Notes under the pieces: generated by a model
Databases searched by the model: none
What the model saw: only the letters and a program-made list of their open reading frames with translations
Told to the model about the DNA's origin: nothing
Source: Camelus ferus
Lineage: Eukaryota
Reading direction: 5' to 3'
Assembly (NCBI RefSeq): GCF_009834535.1
Contig: NC_045696.1
Location: 83,516,001 to 83,580,000 of the forward strand
Length of the DNA stretch: 64,000 bases
Program-made: the position numbers and the translations under genes
In this document: in pieces, positions 62,080 to 64,000 of the stretch
How positions within the stretch are numbered: position 1 is the stretch's first letter
Layout: every line of letters begins with the position of its first letter

Positions 62080-63290
62080 TTCCCATCGGGTTTGTTTGGG
62101 TAACTCCAAGTCAATTACTTTTCAGTAGCGACACCCTCCATTTTCCTCTTTTATTTTACATCCCTGAGACCTTCCCTGGCACATACACCCTCTCCTTCCT
62201 TCTCAGTTTCTTAATCTCCTTGGTTCCTTTTTCATCTGTCCTCCTCTCCTATATTAAAATTCCCCGAGTTTTCTTCCTCAGTAAGTCTTTTCTTCTCACT
62301 TTTTATACGTGCTTGTCACCTGTCACTTCATTGCCCACATACAGCCCTAGCGCAGACCACTCTCCCAGGCCTCAGACCCCTCTGTGGAGCATCCCCAGAA
62401 CATTGCCACCTGAGGTCCCACAGACACCTAAGTGCCCTACATGGTCACCGCTGAACCTGCCCTCCTCTCCCTTCAAAGCTCCTCCCTCTCCTAAGTTTCT
62501 GATTTTCTCCATTACCCAGAGGCCGCCTCAAGCCTTTCTCTCTCACACCCTCGCTTCCACACATTCATCAACTCTTCCTGGTTGTAATCTTCGGAATCTG
62601 TTCCTCCGTTTCATCACTACCACCATTTCGTTTGTTTGTAAGACTCGTGTCACTGCTCCTCTGCTACTGAAGGAACCTCCTGATTGGGCTCCTCACTGCT
62701 GGCTTCTTCCCTCTCCAGCCCACTCTTCAGTCAATAAACACAGATCTGATTAGGTCCCTCCCCTGCTTTTAGTCAGTCACTTCCTGACTCCTCCTTGGTC
62801 CCCTGTAAAGTCAATGGTTCTCAACTTGATATGTAAGACCCTTCCTGAACTATCCCCTCACGGCTGCCCTAAACTCATCCTCCACTGCAACTCCTTTCAT
62901 ATTCTTCCCTCCAGACATACCATTAAGAAAATGATTTATGGGTTTTCTTTTTTTAAAGGAGAGATCTCACCTCCTTCTACTTGTACATGCTCTTCTCACA
63001 AACCAGAACACACCATCACCAACACCACCTTTACCATCCACCCAATCTCTACTCAGTGAATCAGCTAAGAAAAATTAACTTAAAAACCTACATTGAGCCC
63101 TTGGTTTCTTTCTTCCCTCCAGCCAGGTGACACCTCTGCCAACTTTTGCTTGACTAGGCTCTGGTCTGTTCTTTGATCTCCCCCTAAGTCTTTGAGTTGC
63201 TCAAGGACAGGGGATCACCCTTTCCTGTCTGTATCCCCAAAGCCCAGCAAAGTACTTGACGTTGAATAAATATTTGTCAAATGGAAGTAA
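62080..63290 (+). mobile_element. L2 fragment(s), pyrimidine-rich
   Basis: cagaccactctccc...cctcctgattgggctcc...ctcaaggacagggg...tgtatcccc...gttgaataaatatttgt. Confidence 0.55.
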
Positions 63291-63599
63291 CAAGAAAAGA
63301 AATCAGCTACATATGAAGCAACTAGGTTAGTGATCTGACTTTAGCTTCAGTGGAGAAAAGACAGATACTTGGGATTTGAACAGAGCCCCATGAGTCAGCT
63401 CATTAAACCTCTGTGTTCATCTAGTTCCAGAGTCTTCCCATCTATTGAAAAAGAACTGGAAAATCAAGTGCTGGATTTAACAAAAGAGAACAAAACTAGA
63501 TTTACGCTTTTGCAAAGTTCATGCTGCTGAAATGGGGAAGGAAAATGTTAGGAGTACTGGGGGACAATTCTTCAAGGCCTCTTTCATTTCTGCATATCT

Positions 63600-64000
63600 T
63601 GTGAAGAAGCTTTGATGGCTTTTGTTTTAGAAGGATGTTTGTATAGAAAACAGCCTTGGAAGATTTGGAGAGTATGTCCTGCCAGGGCTGAGGTCAGACT
63701 TGTTTCCTGAGCAGGGTAATAAAGATGATATCTCCCTTTAAGGGCAAAAGCTGGGCAAGTTTGCCAGCAGCCCTTTTATAATATTAGAAGTTTTTTAAAG
63801 CCTGGGTTCCTCAGCTGTGACACAGATGCACTGTGTGCACAGTCTACATTTGGGCCCCTCCTGATTGCCACATGGAATATGGGGAGGGGAGGGGAGTCAA
63901 TGCAAACCCGAACTCATGCTACCTGTTTTGACGTGACTAAGAAAGTCCTTTGTCTCTGATCCAGGAGTCTCATGTCTTCCAAAAGCAGCTATGAACTGTG
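63600..64000 (+). mobile_element. MER76/MER70-like ERVL LTR, running off the window end
   Basis: TGtgaag...aaacagccttggaagat...taataaagatgatatctccc...gggttcctcagctgtgac...aaagtcctttgtctctgatccaggagtctc. Confidence 0.7.

Noticed and set aside
62220..62753. Longest ORF in the track (177 aa, Pro/Ser-rich)
   Set aside because: It lies in pyrimidine-rich L2-derived sequence and is a compositional artefact.
1..64000. Prokaryote-style systems (CRISPR arrays, operons), tRNA or rRNA genes
   Set aside because: The sequence is mammalian intronic DNA. I saw no regularly spaced repeat-spacer array or structured RNA gene.

Overview
AT-rich, repeat-dense placental-mammal genomic DNA. It is probably camelid, inferred from a camelid-type L1 3' end and from seeing no Alu, Bov-tA/BovB, PRE1 or Can-SINE. 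The only gene-derived sequence I can support is three minus-strand exons with canonical AG/GT splice sites: 18563-18695, 15994-16103 and 14488-14592. They encode an EMI domain plus the first EGF-like module of a MEGF6-family protein, best matching EGFEM1 (EGF-like and EMI domain containing 1). The first of these exons has a 2-bp frameshift leading to an in-exon TGA, and conserved cysteines are lost in the other two, so this copy looks pseudogenised or decaying. The rest of the window is inferred to be intronic. It holds MIR, L2, L3/CR1, L1, HAL1, MaLR, ERVL and ERV1 LTRs, a ~5 kb truncated MER34/MER4-group provirus with a nested MLT1, and hAT and Tigger MITEs. It also holds microsatellites, including a pure (AGC)26 tract grown inside a MER5A, a small CpG island-like patch at ~51.2 kb, and several repeat-free blocks rich in homeodomain motifs that look like conserved enhancers. 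Repeat family names come from recalled consensus sequences, not a database search, and boundaries are approximate. Almost all ORFs in the six-frame track are spurious.
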